Shown: positions 1 to 12,306, numbered from the whole stretch's first letter. The stretch is DNA of 56,338 nt, filler included, from Sphacelaria rigidula (GCA_964200075.2; 6 parts of 6 records of this genome joined end to end with filler, not necessarily neighbours in it), one strand, 5' to 3'. Notes: a model not told the origin generated them from the sequence alone. Translations and numbers: made by a program.

Positions 1-2859
1 CGCACGCCCGCCGGTCCTGCTCCGAATCTACGCGGGGCCGAAGGTCAACGTAAACGTGTGCCAGGATATTACATTGTGCGAAATTATTTCTGCGGAAATT
101 CGCTCGCGTTTTTGTTTTTTCGAGCCGATCTCGCAGCACACACCACAGCTGAAATCATGTGTGTCCACTCGTGAGATCAGGGGCACGACTGTTCTTCGAG
201 ACAATGAAGGCCAAAAAGTGAACGTTTCGAACTTTTTGGTCGTTTCCATCAGGTGATGGCTCAAACTGAACCTCTCGACAGGAGGATAATGTGGATACCT
301 CGTTGGTGGTGTCCAGTGCATCGATCAAAGGTTATGACATGTACGTTGAGCGTTTTAAACAACAGCGCTGTGCAGTTGATCTATCTGCTCGACAGCGAAA
401 ACCGAGGGAGTGGCCCGGCAGCACCCGAAGCTGATGGGTAGGTAAAAAAAGCACCAGCTGGAAGCTGCCAGCCAGCTCGTTCGACTAACTGACTTAACTT
501 GACGCGCAAGTTCTATCAACATGAATCAGGGCTCCTCGTCCCTGCGCAAAACGTCATTTTCTCCGTAAATCAAATCAATTAGAACTGAGAAATAGAAGCA
601 TGGGCACGAGGCACAACTTAATCATGAATGGTAACCAAGATAACGCCAGAATACGCGGGGCGTGCAAAAACACGAAATTATAACATCAACAGTCGAACCA
701 TGAAATGTTTGAGACTCGAGTAACAACGACTTCAGGCTGGTTCGTGCTTATATCCCAGAAGTCATCCATCTGCGAATGATTCCGCAGCTTCCTGGAGGTA
801 GACCCTGACAAACCACATGCATAGACTATAACATAAGGAATGAGAGAATCCTTCATACAAGGTGTTTCATCGTTATACCTTTTCACCGGTTGTCCCTGGG
901 ACCGCCGGTAGCTGGCGAAGAGAAAAAAAAATGGGGAAACATCGTCCATTTAGAATGTCGTAATGCCTCATAGAATATGTGTGCAAATGATCAGAATCCG
1001 ACTCCAACAATCAGCGTGAGCATTTGCGCCTTCTTGCGATGGAGTGAACATGGAAGGTACAAAGTTACAAGTACGTGATTTTCGCATGAGTGAGGGTGAA
1101 GTGAAATGACCATGAAAGGCACAAAGCTATCTATAACTACATAATTTGCATGACTTGGTTTTTTCGAGCACATGCACAGCTTAAAGCGACGCCATTGCAT
1201 CCGTCTTTCCAGCTACGTAACGAAACGGATCACATGTATTCCTTGGACAGCCCCGGAGAGATGTGTGACTATTTATTTTGAGGCATACTTCGCCGGCTTC
1301 GGGGGTCCCGGCATGAAGACCCGCGGGAGTCATGAGAGCAGAGCAACTTTGAAATATTTTTCAGGAAGACATTTTCCGTTTCAAGCAACAATACCTATCG
1401 AAGTGCCAAGTTTGAGGGTGGTCGGAGGTTCTTTCGCGACAGACATGAGAGAAACCGTCGGGAGTCTTCCTGGATCTTCGGCGGATATCATCAGTGGAAA
1501 TCCGACGACGCCGAAACCAGCGAAATACTGCAATTTAGGCTACAATTCATTACCTTTGTACCCATTTTCTTTCGAATACATTATTTTCCGTTAGATTCAT
1601 GACCTGATTCCGGCTGCAACGATTTGAAGCATGTGGAGATTGTGTAGAAGTTGTGTTGGGAGTTCGTATTTTCAACTTCAGAACAATTTGAAGGCCGCTA
1701 ATCGGTCGAGGTGCCGTTTCGTCCTTGGCGCCACCACTAAATATATAGACATATACGAACCTCCTTCAGTTGTCCATAGCGGTCAGAGTATGACACCATG
1801 TGTGTGACTATTGGGTAGGTATCGCGGAAAGTATTTGCTGATCGGTGAACTTTCAAAAATCAGTGACGGGTTTGAACGAAAGTGACCCCTAGGACTTTGA
1901 ATTTGGTATAGGCACCTTTCTGATCGGAAAGGACACCCCATGTTGAACGCTCGCCCAAACTCAAGGAGCTGTTCTCAATCGGATCAAGGACTAACTAGGA
2001 AACATGAGTATTTTATTGCGCTGCAGCACAAACGTACTTACGCCGTCTCTCAATGTGTTGAAGCTTTCGCTCTACTGTAGCGTGTTAAGACCTTGCGAAG
2101 ACGGTTTGGTCTCCGCTGGGGATCGCCTGAGCTGCTGCACTGCTACCGTGTTCTGGTCTGCATGTAGGTGGGGTGGGAACACAGTGCTATCTACATAAAC
2201 TTGAAACGTCACGTCATGGCGGTGCAGCCGTTGTGTCTTCCGTGGGTGCTGTCGTCTACATCCGAAGTTCCTCACTTCTGATTCTGTGCCGTAAGACACG
2301 GTTTTTCCCATCACGGCAGCAAAAAAAAAGGCGACCGAAATCGGCCACCAATTCGAGTTTGACCTTTTCCGCTAGAATAGAACTCAAGGCTAAATACTGC
2401 CCCGCCTTTGGAACATGTAGACGCATGCAACTCCGCCTTTGATATCGGTCACAATTTTTATTTTTGACCTTGTCAGAGAGGATGAGAGTCTAGGTTGGAT
2501 ACTGCTCCGCCTTCAGATTCAAGAGTCAAGGCTGAATATGTAGACGCATGGACGTAGATCGCCCAAGTTGTTTCCGAGTGGTACCGGGTCGTCGAGGAAG
2601 GGGCCAAGTAGTACATGGCAACGTAGACCACCACTCACGCACATGACACAACACGCACACGATCGCTCACAGCCGTACAGGCTATACATGGTTCATTTGT
2701 CCAGTTAAAATTTTGCGGATGCAATTACAGGTGAACCATACTGGAGGTGACTAGAGGCAGACGAAGCAGAAATACAACGAAACACGCACGTAGTACAGTA
2801 GTACAATGCAATGCGGTATGGCGAGCATAGTGTTGTCTCATCTCTCCTCCCGCTGCGTT

Positions 2860-2935
2860 CCTCCGTCATGAAAGGAATGCGTGGTCAATGGCCAAGCGAC
2901 TAAGGCAAGCAACAAATGAGTGCCCCCCCCCCCCG
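2860..2935 (+). repeat. Dispersed repeat end (GCGTGGTCAATGG.CAA..GACTAAGGCAAGCAACAAATGAGT followed by poly-C)
   Basis: Close copies at ~3770-3848 (+) and ~18527-18600 (+); more diverged copies at ~17275-17340 (-), ~28080-28120 (-) and ~37627-37670 (+). Confidence 0.75.
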
Positions 2936-2939
2936 CCGC

Positions 2940-3400
2940 TGCGTTCCTTCTTTTGTCTATGGGCGTCACTAAAGATCAGATTACGCGAATGTTTGCAGAG
3001 TGTTACCTCTTGCTGCCGTCAACTCTAAATTGAATCCTTTAACGCCCAGGGTGGATCATCTGGGTTTTACTCTCATCTTCAAAGTATAAATGATGCCATT
3101 GCAACACTTATGACTCAACCTTGGGGTGATTGCATAGACAAGGCTAATCTTCAACTCGCAGCCAGTACAAGGTGGTACAAAATAGTACAGTACAGTGCTG
3201 TCTTCTCTTCCCCCCCCCTCCCGGCTGCATTTCTTCCCTTCTTCTACCGCCATCACCAAAGATCAGAGCAAAACAAACCTTTGGAGAAAGTGAACTTATC
3301 CTGCCGCCTGCTCTAAAACTGAATCCTTTGACCGACACGGTTGGTGATCTGAGTCCTGCGCTCATTTTTCAAGTGAAAATCATGCCAATGCAACATATCA
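2940..3400 (+). repeat. Degenerate direct duplication (~140-bp units at ~2967-3108 and ~3253-3397)
   Basis: Shared blocks TCAC.AAAGATCAGA, CTCTAAA.TGAATCCTTT and AT.ATGCCA.TGCAACA in the same order. Confidence 0.65.
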
Positions 3401-3879
3401 CCTGCTCCGTGACACTCACTTCACGTCTTCCGAACACAACACTCAAGTTTTTTTTCCAGCAGACGGATGCTGTACAAACGGTACCGCGCACATGGTGACA
3501 CACAGACTCAAAACATTCAAGAAATAGAACCACATAGTATAGTTACCATGATGTTGTCTGTTCTGGCACACGCCACGCTCCTCTACATTGGGCTCACTGT
3601 GAGGCTGAGTACACATGCGGCACCGCTTTTCTGTTCAAAATTTTGTCGTAGTGCGTTATACATGGACACAACGTTATTAGGCACCGACACGGAATAATTA
3701 TTTGATAACTACTCCGACTCAGATCTCTTCTCCCAGTTTGCACCCCCCTCCCCCGTCTCGTGCTCCGTGCTCCGTCTCGAAAGGGATGCGTGGTCAATGG
3801 TCAAATGACTAAGGCAAGCAACAAATGAGTACGCCCCCTCCCCCCCGGCCCTCTTCTACTGAAGTTCCTTGAGAGTAAC

Positions 3880-5313
3880 GAGATGAAGACGCTGAGCGAT
3901 AGAGCACAAAAGCCAGAGGCGCAATGGTCATGGCCTAGCAAATGCAAAGACGAGAGAAAACGCTCCTTTCTTGACTGTAGAGTGGTTCAGCATGGAAATA
4001 GTAAAAAAATGGGAGTAAGTGTATGCGTGGAGGACGGGGGGACCACAGATCATTGCCTAATATGGACAGAAAGCCAACAGACGAGAGCTAAAAGAACAGG
4101 CGGGATAAAAAGTTGTGCGAAGGGAGAATCAATAAACTAGATGAGAAAGAAAGACAGCAAGAGCTTCAAGAGAAGATGGCCAAGAACGCAGTGAAAAATT
4201 CCGAGCTGTTGGAACCCGTAGGTACAGTTGATACCGGAATGGTAAAGAATCGAGCAGGAGCGAAGCTTATAGAAGGATGGGAGCAGTTGGTCAAAACACA
4301 CAGCGAGTAAAGTCATAGGGAATGAACTGATCGTATGCAACAGAGCAGTGAAATGGTGGGATGAGGGAGAAAAAGGGGTCTTGAGAGCAAGGAGAGAAGC
4401 CCAAGCGAGATCCGTATGGAGTAAAACTACGACAGGATGGGAGGAGTGTACTAAAGCTCGAAAGCAAGTAAAAACAATGGTACAGAAGAAAAATAAGGGA
4501 GCGTGGGAAAATGTAGTGAAAAAAGCACAAATGAGGATTTCGATGGTGGGATGAAACAAACGTGAGTGGGAATAAAAGGGATAACGGGAAACCAGGCAGG
4601 GAAGATGGACAAGGGGATAGTTGTACTCCGAGCAATGAATGGTGAAGTTGTCAGTAGTTCGAAGGGGAAGAGACAAGTGCTAGTCGAGCGCTACCGTAAG
4701 CTAGGAACACCAACACCTAACACGGAGTTCGACATGGAATTCGAAAAAGAAATCAACGCGTGGGCAGAGGCGAATGTAGAGACGTCAAAACGGTAGGATG
4801 AAGGCTCGACAGAATTGCAGAGAGAGTTCACCAGAGATGACGTAAAGGAGTGCGTAGCTAAGCTCAAGAACAGAAAGGCACCAGGGGCAGACGAAATAGT
4901 GCATGAATTTCTAAAGCATGGGGGGGGGAAGTAATTGATTGCCATGATGGTTATGCTGTATAACTGGATATGGGAACACGAACACGAGAACACACACAAG
5001 AGGTGGAGAGAAGGAGTAGTAGTCAACATTATCAAAAAAGGAGAGAAGGCTGACCCAGGACATTGTAGAGGGATAACCCTAATGAGCACAGTAGAGAAAA
5101 CACTCTGCGAGAATCTGAACGATACAGTAGGAACGATGCTTGAAAATGAAGAGAAGATCAGCGAGGGGCAAGCAGGATTTAGACCAAACAGTAGCTGTGT
5201 AGACCACGTGTAAAAACTAGGTAAGATTATTCAGTGTAGGGAGGAAACCGGGCTGACGACATACTGTTTCTTCCTCGACGTGAAAAAGGCTCATGGCACA
5301 GGATGGAGACATG
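3880..5313 (+). mobile_element. Decayed non-LTR retrotransposon (LINE) ORF2 fragment: end of endonuclease region to N-terminal RT motifs
   Basis: Joined frames give TDHCLIW (endonuclease SDH-like motif), KLKNRKAPGADEI, WREGVVVNIIKKGEKADPGHCRGITLMS, EGQAGFRPNSSCVDHV and FFLDVKKA. Several stops and frameshifts; truncated at ~5313. Confidence 0.92.
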
Positions 5314-6815
5314 CAAGGTTGTGTTCTGTAAGGTACGGTTTTTTGTATACCCGGGATATTTTCCGGGTATGTACCGTACCCGATAGTTCTGTGTCTTCTG
5401 AAAGACTTCTATGCCGGTACCCGACAGTTATGTAAATCATGTAAGACTTTCATACCCTTACCCGATAGTTCTGTGCGTTCTGTAACCCTCTCGTATGCGT
5501 TACCGAGGGCACGGATACGCTCTGGATGAGATACCCGGTTGCGGGTACGGTTGTCCGTGCGATATCCATACCGTACCCGACAGTATCTGTGAGTTGTGTG
5601 AACCTCCCATACCCTTACCCGACAGTTCTGTGAGTTCTGTACAAACACTTTAACGCAAGGGGCGGATATGCCCTAAAATAGTTACCCGATCGCCGGTGCC
5701 GGTTTTGTGTAAGCCTTTCACAACGTACCCGACGAATTCTGCAATTTCTGAAAAGACTTTTATACCGGTACCCGACAGTTCTGCAAACTCTGTAAGACTT
5801 TCATAACGGTACCCGATATTTCTGTAAGTTCTGTAAGCGTCCCATACCCATACCCGGGGTCAGGGTATATCGTTGTAGATATACCCGATTGCACGTACGA
5901 GCACAGGTACACAACGTTTGGAGATATGGATGTAAATTCAATAAAAAAACAACCTGATGGCTCGAAGATGTGCCTGCGAGCACCACACTGTACTCTTTCA
6001 TTCATCTCTGCATACCAACCAAAAATTCAAAGGATTGAAAGTATTGTAGTTCCGAATCTGGCGGGTTTCGAGGTACTGCTGGGTGGAAATACGAAACATG
6101 AGTAGCACTGCAGACCGTCAGGATGAATCACCTCCAGACTCGAGTGGTGGCTCGAGCGGGGGCGGTTCATCTGCGCCACCAGGAGAAACAAGTACCAAGA
6201 CGCATATCATCGATAATCCCATGCACAAGTACTGCTGCATGGCAAGCGCGGAGTGCCACCGTGAGAAAATGGTGATTCCTCGTAAATAAGCGACCGTAGC
6301 AACGTAAACAGTCACCACAAGACGGCGGACCAACTCCGCGGGCTTCAGAGCGCTGTCAAAGCGGAGACGCAGAGGTCGAAGGCAACGACCATCAAGTAAA
6401 GCTTAGAGACGAGCAAGAACTCGGGTGTCGGGACTGACAAGTGAAAATAAACGAGTTGGTTTGAGCCAGGTGACGCAGGGCGTTTCATGTCGTCTTGTTG
6501 AATGAAGTGCTTCTCGAATACATCCAGCGCTCTCTGGTGGTGGTGGAGAGCGAGGATCAAAATTCGAATCAAGGATATTGTCCCACAATGAATCACTGAC
6601 CATGCGCTGTTGCCGTATTTTTCTTTCAAAATTTGCGAGCTCATTACTGTCGAGATCATCGTCGAGAAGTTTGTGCCGTCCAGTTTCTTCTCATCTGGCA
6701 CTGCTTGGACAGAGTTGGTGGGGGTGCCCACCGCCGATACCTCAGCCTTCCTGGCTCTCCCTCCTTGGCGCGTCAAGCACATTATTGCGGAGATATACGT
6801 CGCCACGAGGAAGGT
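5314..6815 (+). mobile_element. hAT-like DNA transposon relic: left end with subterminal repeats plus decayed transposase N-terminus
   Basis: Begins CAAGGTTG exactly where LINE homology stops. About 8 subterminal copies of GTACCCGACAGTTCTG follow. Then a BED-finger-like KYCCMASAECHREK...DRSNVNSHHK (frameshifted) and IIVEKFVPSSFF...WTEL, resembling the hAT DNA-binding region. In-frame stops present; right end not found. Confidence 0.6.
5340..5900 (+). repeat. Dispersed-tandem array of GTACCCGA(C/T)AGTTCTGT.AG.TCTGTAAG motifs
   Basis: Motif recurs at ~5376, 5417, 5458, 5573, 5616, 5725, 5768 and 5810. Confidence 0.85.
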
Positions 6816-7609
6816 TAGTCGTGTACGAGTATGTTTCTTGTGTTGTGAATGCACGAGACGTGTGGAACTTACGAACCGTTTGTTGATCACTTGTAATCAG
6901 TGCAGGCAGTACTTGCAGGACCCCGACTGGTCTTGGCCATATTTGTCGCACTACAAACTTACAGTTGTATGTAAACGATGCGTGTGATGTTTTTTCCAGC
7001 AATGAGTTAAATTTGTGCGTTGTACGGGAACGAAGTGCAGTACAGACAAGGCGTACCGTCTGCGCTCTCTGCATACAAAAGCATGTAAACGTTTGCAAAC
7101 ATTCCAATTGAAGTATTCGAAAATTGTGGAACGTTGTGCTGAAGATCAGTGGTTTAAAACAAAATGTGCTGTGGATGTGAAGCGGTACTCCACCTGTATT
7201 CAGAACAGACGGTGACCGTTCACCGTACTGATTACATGCATTTTATCTCGAGAGGAGAAGGTGGAACATGATCAACACGCACCGCGTGTATCTCTGCATA
7301 CAGGCATGAAAAAGAACCGAAAAACGAACAAGCGTCCAAAGGCAGCACATTGATCTTTATTCGGTCGCCGGGTGGGAAAAAACAATGGCAAATATACAAA
7401 AAAGGGTACACCCTGGTACTTCTGGAACAAAAAATGGTAAGACTTTTTCTGCTTTGGGGCGTGGCGCTGCACGCAGGCTAAACACCTCGGGAACACATTC
7501 CAGCACCTCAGCCTCACGCCCAAGGTGTCCGGGCAGCATACCCGACCATGTGTTTTCATTTCCACAAGTGTTGCTGGGCTGAACTACGGCGCCGAAATGG
7601 AGAGCCTGT

Positions 7610-9307
7610 GAGAGTACCCTTTTTTGTAAACAAAACAGGAGTGGACACCCCGCCGTCTGCTAAAAAGTCATATCTTACTCTTTTTTGTTCTCCTGTCGAC
7701 CCTTTTCTGTGAAGTGGTGACCCTTTCCTGTGAAGTGGTGACCGTACCGCTGTCTCAGTACAGGATACGCCGAGCAGTCACAACCCTAGCCGTTTTCGGT
7801 ACAATTACACCCCACCAAGAAAGGCCGAAACCCAATGACCAGAGAGCGTAGCCTGCCTGTTGGTTGGCCCGAAGACCCGGAAGATCTAACGATGCATACA
7901 GGTCGCTTGTGTGCCGGAGCTCACAAAGATCCAACGAACATGGATGAACATCTTGCCGACACACCAGCGCGAACGGCATCATGCGGCGACAACATCAGAC
8001 CGTTGCCGGCTCTGCACTTCGCGGCTCGGACACCGAGATAGACACCGACCGGATTCCGGATTGGAGGAAGAACGCCTAAATTCAACGACGTAGACTGTAC
8101 ACTCGGGTGTCTTCCGCTGATCGTTGCCATTGCACCCATGTCCCTTCCAGACCAGCGCTCACGACCGACGGACCACAACCCAAGCAACACGTACAGAAAA
8201 CTGCGTGATTATCCACACCAGCAAAGGTTAACACGCTGCACCGCCGCGCAACAATAACAATGCCCCCCGCAAATGGTGCTATGCTGCAAGGCGGCGCCGA
8301 TCATTAACCGAACAGAAAATTGTTCACCTCGGCCCACCCCCACAGAAAAGGAGATTCACGGGCTCTGGGTGATGATGCATCATGGAAGGGTCATGAACGT
8401 GGAACAGAATGAAGTCGGGTGGGGGGAAAAAGTGACCGCACGCTGTGTCGCGTCGTGTACACTGTCAAACATCGACTATACCGTCGTTCATGTATTTTGT
8501 ATTTTCGAACCCGGTTCGCGCTGTGCGTATTCTAGATGAAGTTATGCAGGACCAGGTCTGGTGGATGTATCGTAGGCATAAGTTTGACTCTTACAACACA
8601 GACGCCCCTCACATGGGGTCAGATGAATGATGTCACATTTGGGTTTCAGAACAGCCGTTTCATCATAGCACCAAACGCTTTTTTTCCAAGAGCATGTGGA
8701 TATATTGGGCGGTGCGCCGGTCTCACAGCTTTGAGTATTCCGAGTGGTGGTCTCGTAGATGCAACGGCAACGATCAGAGGAAGACACCAGATTGTATAGT
8801 CTACGCCGTTGGATTTCAGGCGTTCTTCCTCCAATCCGGAATCCGGTCGGTGTCCATCTCGGTGTCCGAGCCGCGAAGTGCAGAGCCGGCAACGGTCTGA
8901 TGTTGTCGCCGCATGATGCCGTTCGGGCTGGTATGTCGGAAAGATGTTCATCCATGTTCTTTGGATCTTTGTGAGCTCCGGCACACAAGCGACCTGTGTT
9001 GTCGTCTCATCTAATGACCTGCATGCATCGTTAGCTCTTCCGGGTCTTCGGGCCAACCAACAGGCAGGCTACGCTCTTCTGGTAGTTGAGTTTCGGCCTT
9101 TCTTGGTGGGGTGTAATTGTACCGAAAACGGCTAGGGTTGTGACTGCTCGGTATCTCTTGTGCTGAGACGGCGGTACGATCACCACTTCACAGAAGAGGG
9201 TCACCACCTCACAGGAAAGGGTCACCACTTCACAGAAAAGGGTCGACAGGAGAACAAAAAAGAGTAAGATATGACTTTTTAGCAGACGGCGGGGTGTCCA
9301 CTCCTGT
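7610..9307. mobile_element. Non-autonomous foldback element with ~500-550-bp inverted repeats (Mutator-like TIR architecture), right end cut by contig end
   Basis: 7635-8134 aligns with the reverse complement of 8760-9307, around a ~625-bp spacer. The putative left end starts GAGAGTACCC. No transposase ORF is recognisable. Confidence 0.8.
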
Positions 9308-9407
9308 NNNNNNNNNNNNNNNNNNNNNNNNNNNNNNNNNNNNNNNNNNNNTTAATTAATTAANNNNNNNNNNNNNNNNNNNNNNNNNNNNNNNNNNNNN
9401 NNNNNNN
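9308..9407. other. Artificial contig linker (N44-TTAATTAATTAA-N44)
   Basis: 100-nt spacer with stops in all six frames; five identical copies in the window. Confidence 0.98.
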
Positions 9408-9874
9408 GGGGGTGGGGGGGGGGTGGTGGGGGGGGGGGGGTGGTGGGGGGGGGTGTGTGGGGGGGGGGGGGGGGGGGGGGGGTCCTAGAGAGATTTTCCC
9501 TCTGAGGTATGTCCGTCGAGTGTGTGGTGTGCTTGGTCGAAATCTTTCCACTTCGGTATTTTTCTTATCGCTACAGATTTTCCCCATTTCCTTCCTCTGT
9601 TGCATGGGTAGTGTGGGCTCTTCATTCTCTTTTTTTTTTTTTTGTCACAACGCTCATGCCTCTCTCTCTCTCTCTCTCTTTGCCAAAAATCGCTCTTCTC
9701 TTGTCTCAGTGTTGTACTGAGATTCAACAAAGCACATGACTATTAAATATCGTTGTTGCATTTCATTATTTTTTGTTGTGGGCAGTGGAGATATGTGATC
9801 GTAGTGTTGGCTCGACTTCGTCCCCTGTGTGACTTTTGTGTTATTCGTATATGCCCGTGTACATGTTTTACCAG

Positions 9875-10003
9875 ATGGTGGAGGAGCTGGCAGCAGATGT
9901 CAACGCTGTAAGTAGGGCTGGGTTTACTGCTCTTCATGTGGCGGTTAACCTCGGCCACGAAGACATCGTTCGGCTACTTCTAGCTGCGGACGCTGATATT
10001 CAT
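9875..10003 (+). CDS. Ankyrin-repeat protein, first visible exon (gene probably 5'-partial)
   Basis: ccag|ATG...CAT|gtgagt; encodes MVEELAADVNAVSRAGFTALHVAVNLGHEDIVRLLLAADADIH, a canonical ANK repeat. Phase-0 join to 14914. Confidence 0.88.
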
Positions 10004-10094
10004 GTGAGTTCGGAGTTTATTCTTCCCGCCCGAGTGCGACAGTTTCTCCCCCCATTTTTTTTTCTTGATTGTGACATCGCGCGTCTATTCTAAT

Positions 10095-10310
10095 CACAAT
10101 GTGTTGTCGTCGCATCTATGCTGGGCGTCGGTCTACACCTTTCGGTATATATGGGCGCACCAGCCGGGGGCACACAGGAGGAAGGTCAAGGCAAGACAAA
10201 TGTTTTTTGTTGTGGAACCCCACCTTCCTTCTGCGGTGCATGCCGTCATTTTTTATCGCGAGCGGGGTTCAGCAGTCCCTTTCCTTCGTCGACCGTTAAG
10301 TCGATTTTTT
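10095..10310 (-). mobile_element. SINE-like repeat X, 3' part, inverted copy in the ankyrin intron
   Basis: Reverse complement matches 11040-11122 followed by 14360-14470 (GTCGACGA.GG.A.GG...CGCAGAAGGAAG...CCTTCCTCCTGTGTG.CCC.G.CTGGTGCGCC). Confidence 0.7.
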
Positions 10311-11676
10311 ACATGCATACGTGTATGTCTTTCATTTGACGGGTTGATCTCTTGTGCCGTTGCAGGCCCTTCTCTCCTTTGCATCAAACTTTCGACCCCA
10401 TCCGCACACATCCTCGGGACAATTATGCAGTCCCAAGGTACCCTCCCATCTCTCTCCCGAAACCCGCCTGATATTTTGAATCTAGCACTGGCTCAGCACA
10501 CTGTGACATCCGGTCGTCTATCATAAGTTGGGTCCACTTGTCCGAGTCCAGACTGTGATTTTGGACTGTCTTGGGTGTGGGTGACGGTGACTACCATCAA
10601 AGTAGGGTACGGTGCATAAGTAGTGGTTGACCCCGATCTGACAGCCCCCCACCCGTCGGACATGTTTTTTTTTCTTCTTCTGCCGTGGACCTAGATCTTT
10701 ATTCAACCCGAATTGATTTACGCTGAGCACGGGCGGCTTTCCCCGACATGCCCCGAAGTCTTTCCCCCGAAGTAACTAGAACGCTAAGAATTATCGCCAC
10801 GGTATCTGAAACATCCGAGAAGCATGTTACGATATTAGTGGCGTGTACATTAACGGCGGCGGGAACAGGCTGCGCTGGTATAATAGTAGTGCTATGCTGT
10901 TGTATCGCCGGTCGCCCCGGTGGCTCCGTTGGTAACCTCCACTCCCTCTGACGGTTGGGTCGTGGGTTCGAACCTCGGAGTGATCTCGGACTTTTTCTCG
11001 CACAATGCCCAACAGTGGAGAGCAATGTCGTGGGTATAGGAACTTCGACTCAACAGTCGACGACGGGAAGGAATTGCAGGACTTTTCTCGCGATGAAAAA
11101 AGAGAAGTACCGCAGAAGGAAGCCGCGCCCCGGTGGGTAATGGGTAGAGTGTCGCTATTGGGCTGGATAGAACGAGGTTCGATTCCCGATGCGTTGATTT
11201 TTTCCCACGGCTATACACGTTCACGTTACGTTACGTATGTCACGTAATTTTTTTAACGTTACGTTGACACGTGTAACGTTTGAATGTTACGTTTGATCGG
11301 TGAGTGTCGGAAACAAAAAACTGGCCGGAAAAACTCAGGGTTAGGGTTTAGAAGTTGGAAATTAAGGCCAGGATATGACGAACTCCCCTAATTAAACCCC
11401 GAAAACTGATCCCTGAGAAAAGATGTGCGCAGCAACTCAGGATTGATTTGACAATTTTCAAATAAACCCTGAGTTGCTAAACACCCCAAAGCATTGGTGC
11501 CCAACTCAGGGTCAGGAAACGGAACTAGACACCCTGCCCCATAACGACCAAGATTACAGAACATAGCCGTAGGACAAATATCGTAAACGGGGCGATGGCG
11601 GATGCCGTTAACACCCGTAACAGCGCTGGTGATAGAAGCCCGTTCACGAGGGTGACCCAAGACTACGAGGAAGACT

Positions 11677-11943
11677 TGGAGGCGAACGGGGGAGCCGAGA
11701 CACCTGTCGATCTGGCTAGAGATGACGCGAAAGGGCGGAAGTGGGCCACTCATGCAGCCGCTATGAGGGCTTCGACAAAATGGCCGCCCAACGTGAAGCT
11801 TGCGTTAGCTCGCGCAGGCACACCACCGTTGGGTGGCCATTTTGTCGAAGTCCTCGTAGCGGCTGCATGAGTGGCCCACTTCCGCCCTTCCGCGTCATCT
11901 CTAGCCAGGTCGACAGGTGTCTCTGCTCCCCCGTTCGCCTCCA
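11677..11943 (+). ncRNA. Long near-perfect hairpin; candidate miRNA/hpRNA precursor (expression unproven)
   Basis: 117-bp arms (11677-11793 and 11827-11943) with 6 differences and no indels; the 33-nt centre has a further short stem (GCTTGCG/CGCAGGC). The hairpin itself is certain; its function is inferred. Confidence 0.5.
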
Positions 11944-12306
11944 CGCAGCTAGGATTACTACGCAGTGAACCCTTTTTATCGAGAACGACTGCACTTCCTC
12001 AAAATTTCTCAAAATATGCACACGCACACACACAGGAATGTGCACACTTGTACTACAGATAGTACAGTACAGAACTGTCTAAAGATTGTGCAACAACAGC
12101 AGTACAACTCTCCACAGTCACAACTTGTACAAGTGCTGTACCACACACCGACATGTGCAGGACTTGTGAATGACTATAATAGCGGGCGCCGAGGTGCATT
12201 GCCTGTGTGCCCAAGGCTGTGGACTGTGCCGGGTTCATACCCGGAGGCTGTGTTGACGATACTGCTGTTGCGTATTCAACGGTACGGGGACAGCACAAAC
12301 AACTTT

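Noticed and set aside
1-2300. Possible gene or transposase on the minus strand
   Set aside because: Only short frames with no recognisable motif; cannot be supported.
5340-5900. CRISPR-like array of repeated GTACCCGACAGTTCTG motifs
   Set aside because: Repeats are degenerate and irregularly spaced, the intervening sequences are themselves repetitive, there are no cas genes, and the context is eukaryotic. It fits transposon subterminal repeats.
9352-9363. TTAATTAATTAA palindrome recurring every ~9.4 kb as a biological periodic signal
   Set aside because: Always centred in exactly 44+44 Ns; it is a synthetic six-frame-stop linker.
9408-9485. G-rich tract as a functional G-quadruplex or a Gly/Pro-rich ORF
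   Set aside because: Low-complexity sequence at a contig edge where base calls are unreliable; no other support.
10914-11195. Two tRNA genes (also B-box hits at ~13100-13112 on - and ~55391-55403)
   Set aside because: A/B boxes are present but I cannot form acceptor and anticodon stems, and the first two run into repeat bodies. Treated as SINE heads or unassigned.
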